From an uncultured Lachnospiraceae bacterium (GTDB lineage Bacteria > Bacillota > Clostridia > Lachnospirales > Lachnospiraceae), in assembly GCA_902786365.1 (NCBI GenBank), contig CADACD010000013.1, forward strand, positions 779 through 64,778: 64,000 bases of DNA. The letters are read 5' to 3'. The position numbers were made by a program, and so were the translations under genes. Position 1 is the stretch's first letter. The number at the start of each line of letters is the position of its first letter. The notes beneath the pieces are model-generated. The model was not told where the DNA came from. It did not search any database and worked only from the letters and a program-made list of their open reading frames with translations. This document shows, one piece after another, positions 23,991 to 33,221 of this stretch.

Positions 23991-24515
23991 ATGGAAAGTA
24001 AATTACTAGAACAATTGGGATTGGAAAATCTTGATCCAGCATATTTTATTTTAGGATTGATAATAATATGTATAGGTTTATTATTATATATTATTTATGT
24101 GAATAAGAAATTAACAGTATTGACAGAAAAGTATAAAAGATTTATGAGTGGCAAAGATGGAAAAACTCTTGAGCAGACAATTACAAGACGATTTAATCAG
24201 GTTGATACTGTGATGTTGGATAATAAAGAGATAAATGATAAAATAGATGCTATAAATGAAAATATGTTAAAAGTATTTCAAAAGATAGGAATTGTCAGGT
24301 ATGATGCTTTTAATGAAATGGGTGGAAAACTAAGCTTTGCTGTTGCGCTACTTGACAAAGAAAATACGGGATTTGTAATGAATTCCATGCATAGCAGAGA
24401 AGGATGCTATACTTATATAAAAGAAATTATAAAAGGGGAATCGTATGTAATTTTAGGTGAAGAAGAAAAAGAGGCGGTAGATAAAGCTGTCAATTCTGAT
24501 AATTACATGGAATAA
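23991..24515 (+). CDS. DUF4446-family membrane-anchored protein
   Basis: N-terminal TM; KIGIVRYDAFNEMGGKLSFAVALLD...NSMHSREGCYTYIK; typical position after parB in Clostridia. Confidence 0.8.
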   Translation: MESKLLEQLGLENLDPAYFILGLIIICIGLLLYIIYVNKKLTVLTEKYKRFMSGKDGKTLEQTITRRFNQVDTVMLDNKEINDKIDAINENMLKVFQKIGIVRYDAFNEMGGKLSFAVALLDKENTGFVMNSMHSREGCYTYIKEIIKGESYVILGEEEKEAVDKAVNSDNYME

Positions 24516-24595
24516 TCTGCACCAAAGTTATCTGCACCGGTACAAGTTACAAGTAGTATATATAATATGGCAGTTATATGAGGAAACGAGGAAAA

Positions 24596-25456
24596 ATGCA
24601 TAATTATTTTAGAGCAATTGGTTTTGGAAAAGGATATAAGAAAAATTTAATAAGAAGTATTATCAGCAAAACTGTGTATGATTACAGCAAGAATAATACA
24701 AAAGATACATTTGGAAAGATCATAGAAATTTTTGTTAAGTTTGATAAATCAATAGGGCTAGTAATTCATGGTGAGTTTGTTGAAAATGATAAATTTGAGA
24801 TAGAATATGTTTTTCCATATTTGAAGGCAAAAAATTTCTCTTTTTATGAAGAAATTGTCATAGAAAAGAATGTATATAATTATTCATTCTCAGCGGGGTG
24901 CGATAATAAAAGTACAGGGGTTACAATCATTTTTTATCTACAGAATGATTTGGATTATGTCAATAATCGATTTCCAAATAAACTATCAGCGGAAGTAGGA
25001 CTGTCAGGTCTCGCACTTGATGGAAAGATTATTTTTCCTGCTAAGGAATACGATGAGTATAACTCAACATATAATAAGATGATGCAGGATAAAATAAGAC
25101 TTATTACAAAGGCGCAAAATGGTGATGAAACAGCAATGGAGAACCTTACAATTGATGAAATGAATGAGTATACAAAATTGTCAAAAAGAATTATGACTGA
25201 AGATGTTTTAAGCATTGTAAATACAAGTTTTATGCCGTATGGAATGCAGTGTGACAGATATACAGTGATAGGCAAAATTCTTGATATCGAGGTTTGTACT
25301 AATAGAATTACAAAAGAGAAAATTTATAATATGACATTAGAATGTAATGAGATAATTTTCAATATTGCGATTAATGAAATTGATTTGATTGGCCAGCCGA
25401 AAGTGGGGAGAAGATTTAAAGGAAATATCTGGTTGCAGGGTGTGATTAAATTTTAA
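24596..25456 (+). CDS. DUF3881-family protein
   Basis: MHNYFRAIGF start, FYLQN, SFMPYG..CDRY, GRRFKGNIWLQG end. Confidence 0.75.
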   Translation: MHNYFRAIGFGKGYKKNLIRSIISKTVYDYSKNNTKDTFGKIIEIFVKFDKSIGLVIHGEFVENDKFEIEYVFPYLKAKNFSFYEEIVIEKNVYNYSFSAGCDNKSTGVTIIFYLQNDLDYVNNRFPNKLSAEVGLSGLALDGKIIFPAKEYDEYNSTYNKMMQDKIRLITKAQNGDETAMENLTIDEMNEYTKLSKRIMTEDVLSIVNTSFMPYGMQCDRYTVIGKILDIEVCTNRITKEKIYNMTLECNEIIFNIAINEIDLIGQPKVGRRFKGNIWLQGVIKF

Positions 25457-25565
25457 AATAGTTAGAGAATTTATTACACATCGCAGATGTACGAATTATG
25501 CAAATGGGTATTCAGTTTGGTGGAGATACTGTAACCATTTGTAATATATTTAGAATATCACATAC

Positions 25566-25594
25566 TTGACTAACGAAGTTAACTATGATAAAAT
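25566..25594 (+). promoter_or_regulatory. Sigma-A promoter of tRNA-Arg
   Basis: TTGACT-N17-TAAAAT with extended TG. Confidence 0.8.
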
Positions 25595-25607
25595 TTGTAG
25601 TAGCGAT

Positions 25608-25681
25608 GTTCGTGTAGCTCAGCAGGATAGAGCACTTGCCTCCTAAGCAAGGGGTCGTACGTTCGAATCGTATCACGAACG
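25608..25681 (+). tRNA. tRNA-Arg (anticodon CCT)
   Basis: Acceptor stem GTTCGTG/CACGAAC; anticodon arm CTTGC-CTCCTAA-GCAAG; T-loop TTCGAAT; CCA not encoded. Confidence 0.96.
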
Positions 25682-25686
25682 CTATT

Positions 25687-25725
25687 AGTCATCCTTCGCG
25701 TTATATAGAAGTGATGGCTTTTTTA
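25687..25725 (+). terminator. Intrinsic terminator after tRNA-Arg
   Basis: agtcatc-cttc / gaag-t-gatggct stem followed by a T run. Confidence 0.7.
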
Positions 25726-25785
25726 TTTATCCGGGTAGAATAGTAATTATGTAATAAATTATATGGTAAATCAAAGGATTGTGGC

Positions 25786-26772
25786 ATGAATTATATAGTA
25801 TTGGATTTAGAATGGAATCAGCCTATACATACAGATTCAAAATCAAATGAGATTACAAAATCAAAGTATATGTTATTTGAGATTATTGAAGTAGGTGCTG
25901 TAAAGCTGGATGAAAATTTGAATGAGATTGATAGATTTAATAAACTAATTAAACCTGTTCTTCACAAAAAAATAAATCCCATTATCAGTAATATTACAGG
26001 GATAAAAGAAAGAGATTTAAGCAAGGAAAAAAAATTTCCTGCGGTGTTTGAAGAATTTATTAATTGGTGTGGAGAAGATTATATTATGTGTACTTTTGGA
26101 AATCAGGATATTTATGAGCTTGAGATTAATATGCAATATCATAATATCAACATTCCATGGAAGTACCCATTGAAATATATAGATGTGCAAAGAATTTTTT
26201 CGATTGAAAATGATGAAATTAATGAACAGAGATCGCTTGAGATGGTTTGCATGTTTATGGGAGTATCAGGAAAAAATGCATATCACAGAGCACTCAGTGA
26301 TGCAATTTATACAGCAGAAATTATGAAAAAAATGAATCGAAATAATTTCGAAAAGTATATGTCATTAGATTATACTAATCTTCCGTTAGACAGAAGTGAA
26401 GAAAAGGAAATTAATCTTGGAACGCATTTGGAGTTTTTATCAAGAAGTTTTAAAGATAAAGAAGAAATGCTTGCAAATAAGGATATATACATCACACGTT
26501 GTCCGGTTTGTCTGAAAAAATGTAGAAAGAAGATAAAATGGTTTTCGGATGGGGCTAAATATATTTGTATGGCGAGATGTGAGAATCATGGATTGATGGA
26601 AGGAATCTTATATATAAAAAAGAATTACAATGGTTATTATATTGTGAGAAAAACGACAGGTGTAGATGAAGAACGATTTATGGATGTTGTTAAAAAAAGA
26701 AATATATTAAAAGAAAAGAGAAAAATCAGAAGAATAAAAGAAAAGGAAAAAAAGAAAAAATTCAATGATTAG
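25786..26772 (+). CDS. DEDDh 3'-5' exonuclease family protein
   Basis: ExoI VLDLEWN, EIIEVGAV; ExoIII HRALSDA; C-terminal Cys cluster (CPVC, CENHG) and basic tail. Confidence 0.85.
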   Translation: MNYIVLDLEWNQPIHTDSKSNEITKSKYMLFEIIEVGAVKLDENLNEIDRFNKLIKPVLHKKINPIISNITGIKERDLSKEKKFPAVFEEFINWCGEDYIMCTFGNQDIYELEINMQYHNINIPWKYPLKYIDVQRIFSIENDEINEQRSLEMVCMFMGVSGKNAYHRALSDAIYTAEIMKKMNRNNFEKYMSLDYTNLPLDRSEEKEINLGTHLEFLSRSFKDKEEMLANKDIYITRCPVCLKKCRKKIKWFSDGAKYICMARCENHGLMEGILYIKKNYNGYYIVRKTTGVDEERFMDVVKKRNILKEKRKIRRIKEKEKKKKFND

Positions 26773-26778
26773 AAAAAT

Positions 26779-26828
26779 AAAAATGAGAGATGTCAAAAGT
26801 CAAATGAATTTTGACATCTCTCATTTTT
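26779..26828. terminator. Bidirectional terminator (20-bp perfect inverted repeat)
   Basis: aaaaatgagagatgtcaaaa / ttttgacatctctcattttt between convergent genes. Confidence 0.85.
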
Positions 26829-26900
26829 CTCATGTTAATGAATGTTAATAATATATTTTGATTGATAAATTACAATATTATCAATATCGAATGCTTGTTA

Positions 26901-27662
26901 TTAAAAATCTTCCTTATATTTTTTAGGTAATGACTGATTAAAGTTTTCAAATAAAGTTTCAATCTCTTCAAGTAAACAGTCAACACATCCAAAGAATGCA
27001 TCATTGTTACATGGATCATCAAATTTATCACGAATCGTTGCAAGCTGGTCGATTGCTGAATTTAAACGATTTTTACCTGAATTGTTAAGATAGAGAATAT
27101 ATCTGCTTCGTTCATTTTCTTCAGGAGTCATCTTTTTTAGAGCAACTTCAACATTTGGCTTTTCTCCAATATATCTGTATGTTATCGCAGGAGAAGCGTG
27201 ATTAAATAATTGCTGCAAATAAGCAATGTCTCCTGTCGATTTATAGTAGCGCCAAGCAAATGTTTTTCTCATTGTCTGGGCACCTAAAGCTGATAAGCCA
27301 ACCTGTTTTCCAATAGTTTTGAAAACTCTGTAGGCTTGTTCGCGTGACAGAGGAGCAGAAGAATTAGGATGTCCTAAAATAAGGTAAGAATTAGGATTTT
27401 TTCCTTCTATATATCCATTAATTGCTTCTTGTACGTCTTTTGGAATTTCATATGTACGTTTCACTTTGTGTGCTCCAATATAAACATCAATTGATTTCTT
27501 TTGGTATACATCTTTGTTTTTTAGACGTAAAATATCCTGCAGTAACAGCCCAGTTCCAATACCGATTTCAAACATGATATAATACTTCTCATCTACTTTT
27601 CTAAGTCCCTGTTTGAATCGTTCTAATGTTTCATCATCTTTAATTGGAGATACCCAACCCAT
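26901..27662 (-). CDS. Tyrosine-recombinase-fold protein with degenerate catalytic site
   Basis: Short phage-integrase-like architecture (SPIKD, GIGTGL, LSREQAYR, TMRKTF, FNHASPAITYRYIG); box-I Arg is Leu and HxxR His is Gln. Confidence 0.85.
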   Translation of the reverse strand: MGWVSPIKDDETLERFKQGLRKVDEKYYIMFEIGIGTGLLLQDILRLKNKDVYQKKSIDVYIGAHKVKRTYEIPKDVQEAINGYIEGKNPNSYLILGHPNSSAPLSREQAYRVFKTIGKQVGLSALGAQTMRKTFAWRYYKSTGDIAYLQQLFNHASPAITYRYIGEKPNVEVALKKMTPEENERSRYILYLNNSGKNRLNSAIDQLATIRDKFDDPCNNDAFFGCVDCLLEEIETLFENFNQSLPKKYKEDF

Positions 27663-27825
27663 AAAAACACCTCTTTCATTTTAAGTTTCATATTCAATTT
27701 TAATATTAAATATGGATTTTTCTAAATAATTTATTGTTTTAAAACTAGCAATTAATAAGTTTAGATGTATTACAGTATTAAATAAATTCATTAGTAAATC
27801 AAATTTGCAATTAATGTATTTTATA

Positions 27826-29457
27826 TTATCTGCGTCGTCTTCTGCTTGACGAGTAAGAGATACTGTTGGAAGAAGATCTGGAATATGAGCTTCTGCGTCG
27901 TCTTTTTTTAGAATTTCTATTTGCATGAAAAATTCTGTTGTATATAAATGCAATAATTGCAAGTATTGCAAATACACCACCAAGCAGCCAGCGAATATTG
28001 ATGTTGATATATTTGTCTTTTTTTTGTTTTACAGTTGTTGGTGTTTCTTTTGCAGGTCCAAACTTAAATGATTCATCATTCTTGTGAAGAAGGAGATCTG
28101 CTTCACCTACTTTTACATCATTATAGTAGTAATTTAGTTTAGCAATTTTTGAGTCGTCAGCAACAATATCTTCATCATCAAATGTAAGTTTGGAAGTGCA
28201 GTCAGTAATTTTAATGTCTTTAGGAAGAACAACATTTCCATCAGTGCTTAGTTCTATGAGTGAAGAATCTGTGTCAAAAACACTGTTTAAATTGGAAAAA
28301 CTGCCTAATCCATTAAATGTAAATTTTGATTCGTTTTCAGATATATTGGTAAGCGCAAAATTGTCAAAGCCATAATCAAGCAGTAATCTTGTATCATTGT
28401 AAATATTTGCACCGTTTGATTTCATTACAACACTTATAAGCGTCATTCCGTTACGTTTTGCAAATGTAACAAGTGTTGAGCCGGACTGGTCAACATATCC
28501 GGTCTTGCCGCCAAGTGCACCTTCATAATAATTCTGATTAGATGGAAATAGCATTTTATGTCTGTTATATATCATTTGTGTTTCAGCATTTTTATTTGTT
28601 ACAGGTATTTCATAAGAAGTATTTGCCTCAATTTTTAAGAATTCATCAAGTTTAATTGCATCTCTTGTAATCATAGCCATATCATAGGCAGTAGTGTAAT
28701 GGTCTTCTGAAAATAATCCGTTAGGATTACTGAAGTGTGTACCAAGAGCACCGGCTTCTTTGGCACGTTCATTCATCATATCAGCAAATACAGAAATGGC
28801 AACAAGTTCTTCATTATAGTCTTCTCCTGATGCTTTGAGTTCTTCAATTTTATCTGTAAAAGCAGTAGTTCTTCTTGCTACATACTCACCAGTTGCATTT
28901 GCACATTCGTTTGCAGAGGCAAGCATAACAGCGTAGAGAGTATCTTTGAGGGACAGAAGTTCACCCTCCTGTCTTGCAATACTGGCATCACCGATCTCGA
29001 GAGAATAGACATCATAATGATAATATTCAACCATATCTGAAAGATTGCCATTTTCAAGAGCCAGCATCGTAGTCATAATTTTTGTGATACTTGCAGGATA
29101 CATCTGCTGATGGCAGTTTTTGTCATACAGAACAGTTCCTGTGGATGCCTCGATAAGTACGCCCGCCTCTCCGAATATCTCAGGGGCACCAGGCCATGCT
29201 ACATTTTTCGTAGACTCTGTCTGCGTCTGAGAATTTATCGAATCATTTACAGTGGAATTGTTATTGGAGATATCGTTTGCTGAATTATCAGAAGACTCTG
29301 TATTGTTTTGTGAAGTCTCTACAGATGTTTCCGTGGACTGTGTTTCATCTGGTTCGGCATATGTTGCTGCACAGTCACCGGCAATAAGAGAAAATGATGT
29401 GATAATTGCTAGTGACATTGTAAAAAATTTATGTAGAAATTTGTTTTTTGAATTCAT
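27826..29457 (-). CDS. D-alanyl-D-alanine carboxypeptidase (peptidase S11, PBP5/DacB-like)
   Basis: Signal peptide; SxxK in PASITK; SAN; KTG; C-terminal TM and Arg/Ser tail. Confidence 0.9.
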   Translation of the reverse strand: MNSKNKFLHKFFTMSLAIITSFSLIAGDCAATYAEPDETQSTETSVETSQNNTESSDNSANDISNNNSTVNDSINSQTQTESTKNVAWPGAPEIFGEAGVLIEASTGTVLYDKNCHQQMYPASITKIMTTMLALENGNLSDMVEYYHYDVYSLEIGDASIARQEGELLSLKDTLYAVMLASANECANATGEYVARRTTAFTDKIEELKASGEDYNEELVAISVFADMMNERAKEAGALGTHFSNPNGLFSEDHYTTAYDMAMITRDAIKLDEFLKIEANTSYEIPVTNKNAETQMIYNRHKMLFPSNQNYYEGALGGKTGYVDQSGSTLVTFAKRNGMTLISVVMKSNGANIYNDTRLLLDYGFDNFALTNISENESKFTFNGLGSFSNLNSVFDTDSSLIELSTDGNVVLPKDIKITDCTSKLTFDDEDIVADDSKIAKLNYYYNDVKVGEADLLLHKNDESFKFGPAKETPTTVKQKKDKYININIRWLLGGVFAILAIIAFIYNRIFHANRNSKKRRRRSSYSRSSSNSISYSSSRRRRR

Positions 29458-29709
29458 ATTTATACCTTTCGAAAATTTAATTTTATATGCCTATATAAAA
29501 TGACTTTAAAATTATGTATAGTTGTTTTTCGTTAGCATTTTCAAATAGGCTGTACATAAAAGTACATTGTAATATTATACACGATTGAAATTAAATATGC
29601 AACTAATTAAAGTCATTTTTTGTTATGAGAACTATTAATTTATATAATCAAACTTCGCACATAAATTTAGCGCATTCCAGCGACAGCATCATGCATCGAG
29701 TAAAAACAA

Positions 29710-29862
29710 TTATGGAGGAGTTTGAAGCCAGATTTTGAATGGATCACAATATGCAATAAATCTTAAACCATCCAACTTCAATTCAAATATATAATCAGAA
29801 TTATCAAATGGTTTAACCTGTTCAGTTTTATAATCAAAAATATCCAATGATAAAAAACTCAT
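29710..29862 (-). pseudogene. ATP-dependent DNA ligase N-terminal fragment
   Basis: 50-codon frame MSFLSLDIFDYKTEQVKPFDNSDYIFELKLDGLRFIAYCDPFKIWLQTPP carries ligase motif I (E-x-K-x-D-G-x-R) and then stops. Confidence 0.6.
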
Positions 29863-29898
29863 TTATAAATTAGCAAATAACCGATTAGAAAAAATACA

Positions 29899-29927
29899 TT
29901 GACAAGACAAATTAAATTAACTATAAT
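29899..29927 (+). promoter_or_regulatory. Consensus sigma-A promoter upstream of the glycosyltransferase
   Basis: TTGACA-N17-TATAAT, exact consensus. Confidence 0.85.
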
Positions 29928-30108
29928 ATTTGCAAATTTATATGGGACTTTTGCAAAGTGACATGCTCAGCGAAAGGTTTTAACTTCCAGAGATCGGTAT
30001 TCAATGGCTGGGAGAATCTAAGTGATAAAGATCAGAAGTGAGATGTGGCTTGGGTTAAAAGGCTGCTTTTAAGTTTTGAGAAGTATAGTGGTACGGAGGG
30101 AGCAATTC

Positions 30109-31179
30109 ATGGCTGAGAAAAAGAAAATGTTGTACATAGTTGAAGCTATGGGTGGAGGCGTTTTTACCTACATAGTGGATTTGGCGAATGAACTTGTAAA
30201 TGACTATGACATGTACATTGCATATGCAGTGCGTAAACAAACACCGAAAAATTATAAAGAATACTTTGATAAAAGAGTTCATTTAATTGAAGTCAAAAAC
30301 TTTGGTAAAGCAATTAATCTGGCGAAGGATATCGCGTCATTCTTTGAAGTTAAAAGGATTGTTGCTAAGGTGAAGCCGGATATGATTCATCTTCATAGTA
30401 GTAAGGCTGGAGCGATTGGGCGTATGGCGTTTAATGGGAAAATTCCTATGTTTTATACGCCACATGGCTACAGTTTTTTAATGGAAAATTACAAGCCGAT
30501 GAAACGCAGAATGTTCAAGTTGATTGAATGGTTTTGTGCTAAAAGAAATTGTACTACTATCAGTTGCAGCGCAGGTGAGCATCAGGAAACTCTAAAACTT
30601 ACAGATAAAGCTATCTATGTAAACAACGGTATTAATATAGTAGAACTTCAGAATATCATGGATAATACTAAGGAAATACCACACCCTTTTACAGTATTTA
30701 CATTGGGGAGGGTTTGTTATCAAAAGAATCCGCATTTATTTAATGAAATAGCTGAAAAGTTGCCGGATATCAGATTTGTCTGGATTGGTGATGGAGAACT
30801 TCGTGAGGAGTTAAAGAGTGAAAATATTGAGATGACTGGTTGGACAGAGAGAGCTGATGCCATCAAATATGCAGTGAATGCAGATGTATTTCTGCTCACT
30901 AGTCGTTGGGAAGGTTTGCCGATAAGCTTACTTGAGGCTATGTATATGAAGAAAATTTGTGTTGTTAGCAATGTGATTGGCAACAAGGATGTAATTCATA
31001 ATGGTGAGAATGGATTTGTTTGTAATACAGTAGATGAGTTTGTAAGAGCGATAAGCGAAGCAAAGAATGAAATCACTCAAGAGCTTTCTGATAATGCCTA
31101 TGCAGATATTCTACAACAATATAATACAAAGGTAATGGCTCAGTCATACAAAAATATTTACAAAAATGCTGAAAAGTAA
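30109..31179 (+). CDS. Glycosyltransferase family 4 (GT-B), polysaccharide-biosynthesis type
   Basis: GGGV, IHLHSSKAG, YTPHG, LGRVCYQKNP, SRWEGLPISLLEAM; ATG 30109 after GGAGG. Confidence 0.9.
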   Translation: MAEKKKMLYIVEAMGGGVFTYIVDLANELVNDYDMYIAYAVRKQTPKNYKEYFDKRVHLIEVKNFGKAINLAKDIASFFEVKRIVAKVKPDMIHLHSSKAGAIGRMAFNGKIPMFYTPHGYSFLMENYKPMKRRMFKLIEWFCAKRNCTTISCSAGEHQETLKLTDKAIYVNNGINIVELQNIMDNTKEIPHPFTVFTLGRVCYQKNPHLFNEIAEKLPDIRFVWIGDGELREELKSENIEMTGWTERADAIKYAVNADVFLLTSRWEGLPISLLEAMYMKKICVVSNVIGNKDVIHNGENGFVCNTVDEFVRAISEAKNEITQELSDNAYADILQQYNTKVMAQSYKNIYKNAEK

Positions 31180-31272
31180 GTGATTGGAAATAGTAGTAAT
31201 ATGGGTGAAGCAAAAAAGTAGGTATAGTAGCAAGGTGGGTAAACCAACTTGAATACTTGTTGAAACAATCAG

Positions 31273-31314
31273 AGAACCGCTGATATCAAAATGGGAGATA
31301 TTAGCGGTTTTTCT
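31273..31314 (+). terminator. Intrinsic terminator after the glycosyltransferase
   Basis: agaaccgctgatatc / gatattagcggtttt stem with T run. Confidence 0.75.
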
Positions 31315-31667
31315 ATAACAAGATAGACGGAATTTCTGCGAATTATCCGTTACTTGAGGGGAATCCTTACAGAGAGCTGGCGATTAGTCAGCTTGGTGGA
31401 AAGGCAGGCGGAATATTTACACTCAGAGTCAGAACAAAAGAGAGGGCTTACAAGCTTATGAATCAACTTAAATATTCGCTAAAAGCTACGAATATAGGCG
31501 ATTCGAGAACACTTGTTATCCACCCTGCATCTACAATATATATCCATAGTACACAGGAGCAGAAGATTGCGGCAGGTGTATATGAGGATTCGATACGTGT
31601 CAGTGTCGGTATAGAGGATATTGAAGATTTGATAGAAGATTTTAGAAATGCGATTGAAAGTGACTAG
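31305..31667 (+). pseudogene. 5'-truncated O-acetylhomoserine sulfhydrylase (MetY/Met17 family), C-terminal third only
   Basis: Frame open from 31305: KIDGISANYPLLEGNPY...GGIFTL...TNIGDSRTLVIHPASTI...IRVSVGIEDIEDLIEDF; no start codon for the homologous part and no PLP-Lys region. Confidence 0.85.
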
Positions 31668-31722
31668 AAAACGAATGTGTATTGATAGTATGAAAAATGA
31701 ATTATGAGAAAGGAGTGAGCAT

Positions 31723-32586
31723 ATGGCTACAGATTATGCACTTTTGAAAAAAGGTGGTTTCATGAGGCAAAAGCAGAAGAATAATTTTTCTCTGCGATTA
31801 AGAGTAGTAGGTGGCAACATCTCTGCAAAACAGCTTGCAAAGATTGCCGAGGTTGCAGAAAAGTATGGTGATGGTCATGTACATCTGACATCGAGACAGA
31901 GTGTTGAGATACCGTTTATCAAACTGGATCAGATAGATGAGGTGAAGAATGCACTTGCAGAAGGTGATGTAGAACCGGGGGTATGTGGTCCAAGAGTGAG
32001 AACGATTACGGCATGCCAGGGTGCTGCTATTTGTCCAAGTGGCTGTATAGATACTTATGCTCTGGCAAAAGAACTCGATGACAGATATTTTGCAAAGGAG
32101 CTTCCGCACAAGTTTAAATTTGGTATCACGGGATGTCGCAACAATTGTCTGAAATCAGAGGAGAATGATGTTGGTATCAAAGGCGGAATCAGGGTAAAAC
32201 CTATTCCTGAAAGCTGTATCAAGTGTGGTCTGTGTATCAAGGTCTGTCGTGAGGGTGCGCTTGTGATGGAGGATGAAAAAATTGTTTTAGATACAGAAAA
32301 ATGTAATTATTGCGGAAGATGTGTCAAATCCTGTCCTACAGATGCATATGAGCAGACACAGGGTTATGTAGTATCATTTGGCGGTTTGTTTGGCAATAAA
32401 ATTAATCAGGGAAAAGAAGTGGTAGACTTTATTGATGACCACAATACTTTACTGAGAGTATGTGATGCAGCAGTAGAATTCTTTAAGAATAATGCAAATG
32501 CCGGAGAAAGATTTAAATTTACCATAGACCGTATTGGACGCGACAAATTTGAAGAGGTAATAAAGGAGGCAATTAAGAATGAGTGA
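31723..32586 (+). CDS. Nitrite/sulfite reductase-family protein (siroheme/4Fe-4S) with two ferredoxin motifs
   Basis: LTSRQSVE, CQGAAIC, KFKFGITGCRNNC, CIKCGLCIKVC, CNYCGRCVKSCP, GERF. Confidence 0.88.
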   Translation: MATDYALLKKGGFMRQKQKNNFSLRLRVVGGNISAKQLAKIAEVAEKYGDGHVHLTSRQSVEIPFIKLDQIDEVKNALAEGDVEPGVCGPRVRTITACQGAAICPSGCIDTYALAKELDDRYFAKELPHKFKFGITGCRNNCLKSEENDVGIKGGIRVKPIPESCIKCGLCIKVCREGALVMEDEKIVLDTEKCNYCGRCVKSCPTDAYEQTQGYVVSFGGLFGNKINQGKEVVDFIDDHNTLLRVCDAAVEFFKNNANAGERFKFTIDRIGRDKFEEVIKEAIKNE

Positions 32587-32839
32587 ATTGGAACTTGACG
32601 GAATAAAGATTGATGAAGAAGTGGATATCACAGATGTTGTTTGCCCGGTCACTTTTGTAAAGGCAAAGGTGGCACTTGAGGAATTGGATGATGGTCAGGT
32701 GCTTTCTGTTCATTTAAATGATGGAGAACCGGTACTGAATGTGCCAAGAAGCATTAAGGAAGAGGGACATCAGATTCTAAAACTGATTGATAATGGCGAT
32801 GGTACATACAATCTGTTAGTGAAGAAAGTTGAGGAGTAG
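32579..32839 (+). CDS. TusA/SirA-family sulfurtransferase
   Basis: VDITDVVCPVTFVKAKVALEEL..GQVL; overlaps the preceding gene. Confidence 0.88.
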   Translation: MSELELDGIKIDEEVDITDVVCPVTFVKAKVALEELDDGQVLSVHLNDGEPVLNVPRSIKEEGHQILKLIDNGDGTYNLLVKKVEE

Positions 32840-32841
32840 AG

Positions 32842-33156
32842 ATGGCAGTTAGAGTAAACAAAGACAATTTCGATGAAAATGTGTTAGGCATAGGACTTCA
32901 TCTGGTAGATTTCTACTCAGACAGCTGTGTACCTTGCAAGATGATGTCACCGATTCTCGCTGATATTGAAGAAGAATTTGGTGAAAAGTTATCTGTAGCA
33001 AAAGTAAATTCAGCTTATGATGCAGAGCTTGTAGAAAAGTATGAAGTGCAGTCGGCTCCTACACTTATTTTTATTAAAGACGGCGAGGAAATAGGAAGAT
33101 TCAGAGGTGCACAGAAAAAGGCAGATTTGGTAAAATTTATTAATGAAAATATTTAG
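32842..33156 (+). CDS. Thioredoxin-family protein
   Basis: VDFYSDSCVPCK (CxxC); cis-Pro motif SAPTL. Confidence 0.9.
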   Translation: MAVRVNKDNFDENVLGIGLHLVDFYSDSCVPCKMMSPILADIEEEFGEKLSVAKVNSAYDAELVEKYEVQSAPTLIFIKDGEEIGRFRGAQKKADLVKFINENI

Positions 33157-33221
33157 TGGAAATCAAACATCATTTAAATAAATGCAATTGAAAATAATAT
33201 TTTAAGAAAGAGATATATATC

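Noticed and set aside
24514-24555. Short direct repeats atctgcacc x2 and tacaagt x2
   Set aside because: Only two short copies; not CRISPR-like and no function can be inferred.
25608-27662. Prophage or ICE integrated at tRNA-Arg
   Set aside because: The integrase-like gene is 1.2 kb away behind an exonuclease gene and is catalytically degenerate; no tRNA 3'-end duplication or phage/conjugation genes were seen.
27681-27983. 100-aa minus-strand ORF overlapping the dac 3' end
   Set aside because: Alternative frame of the carboxypeptidase tail running into AT-rich DNA.
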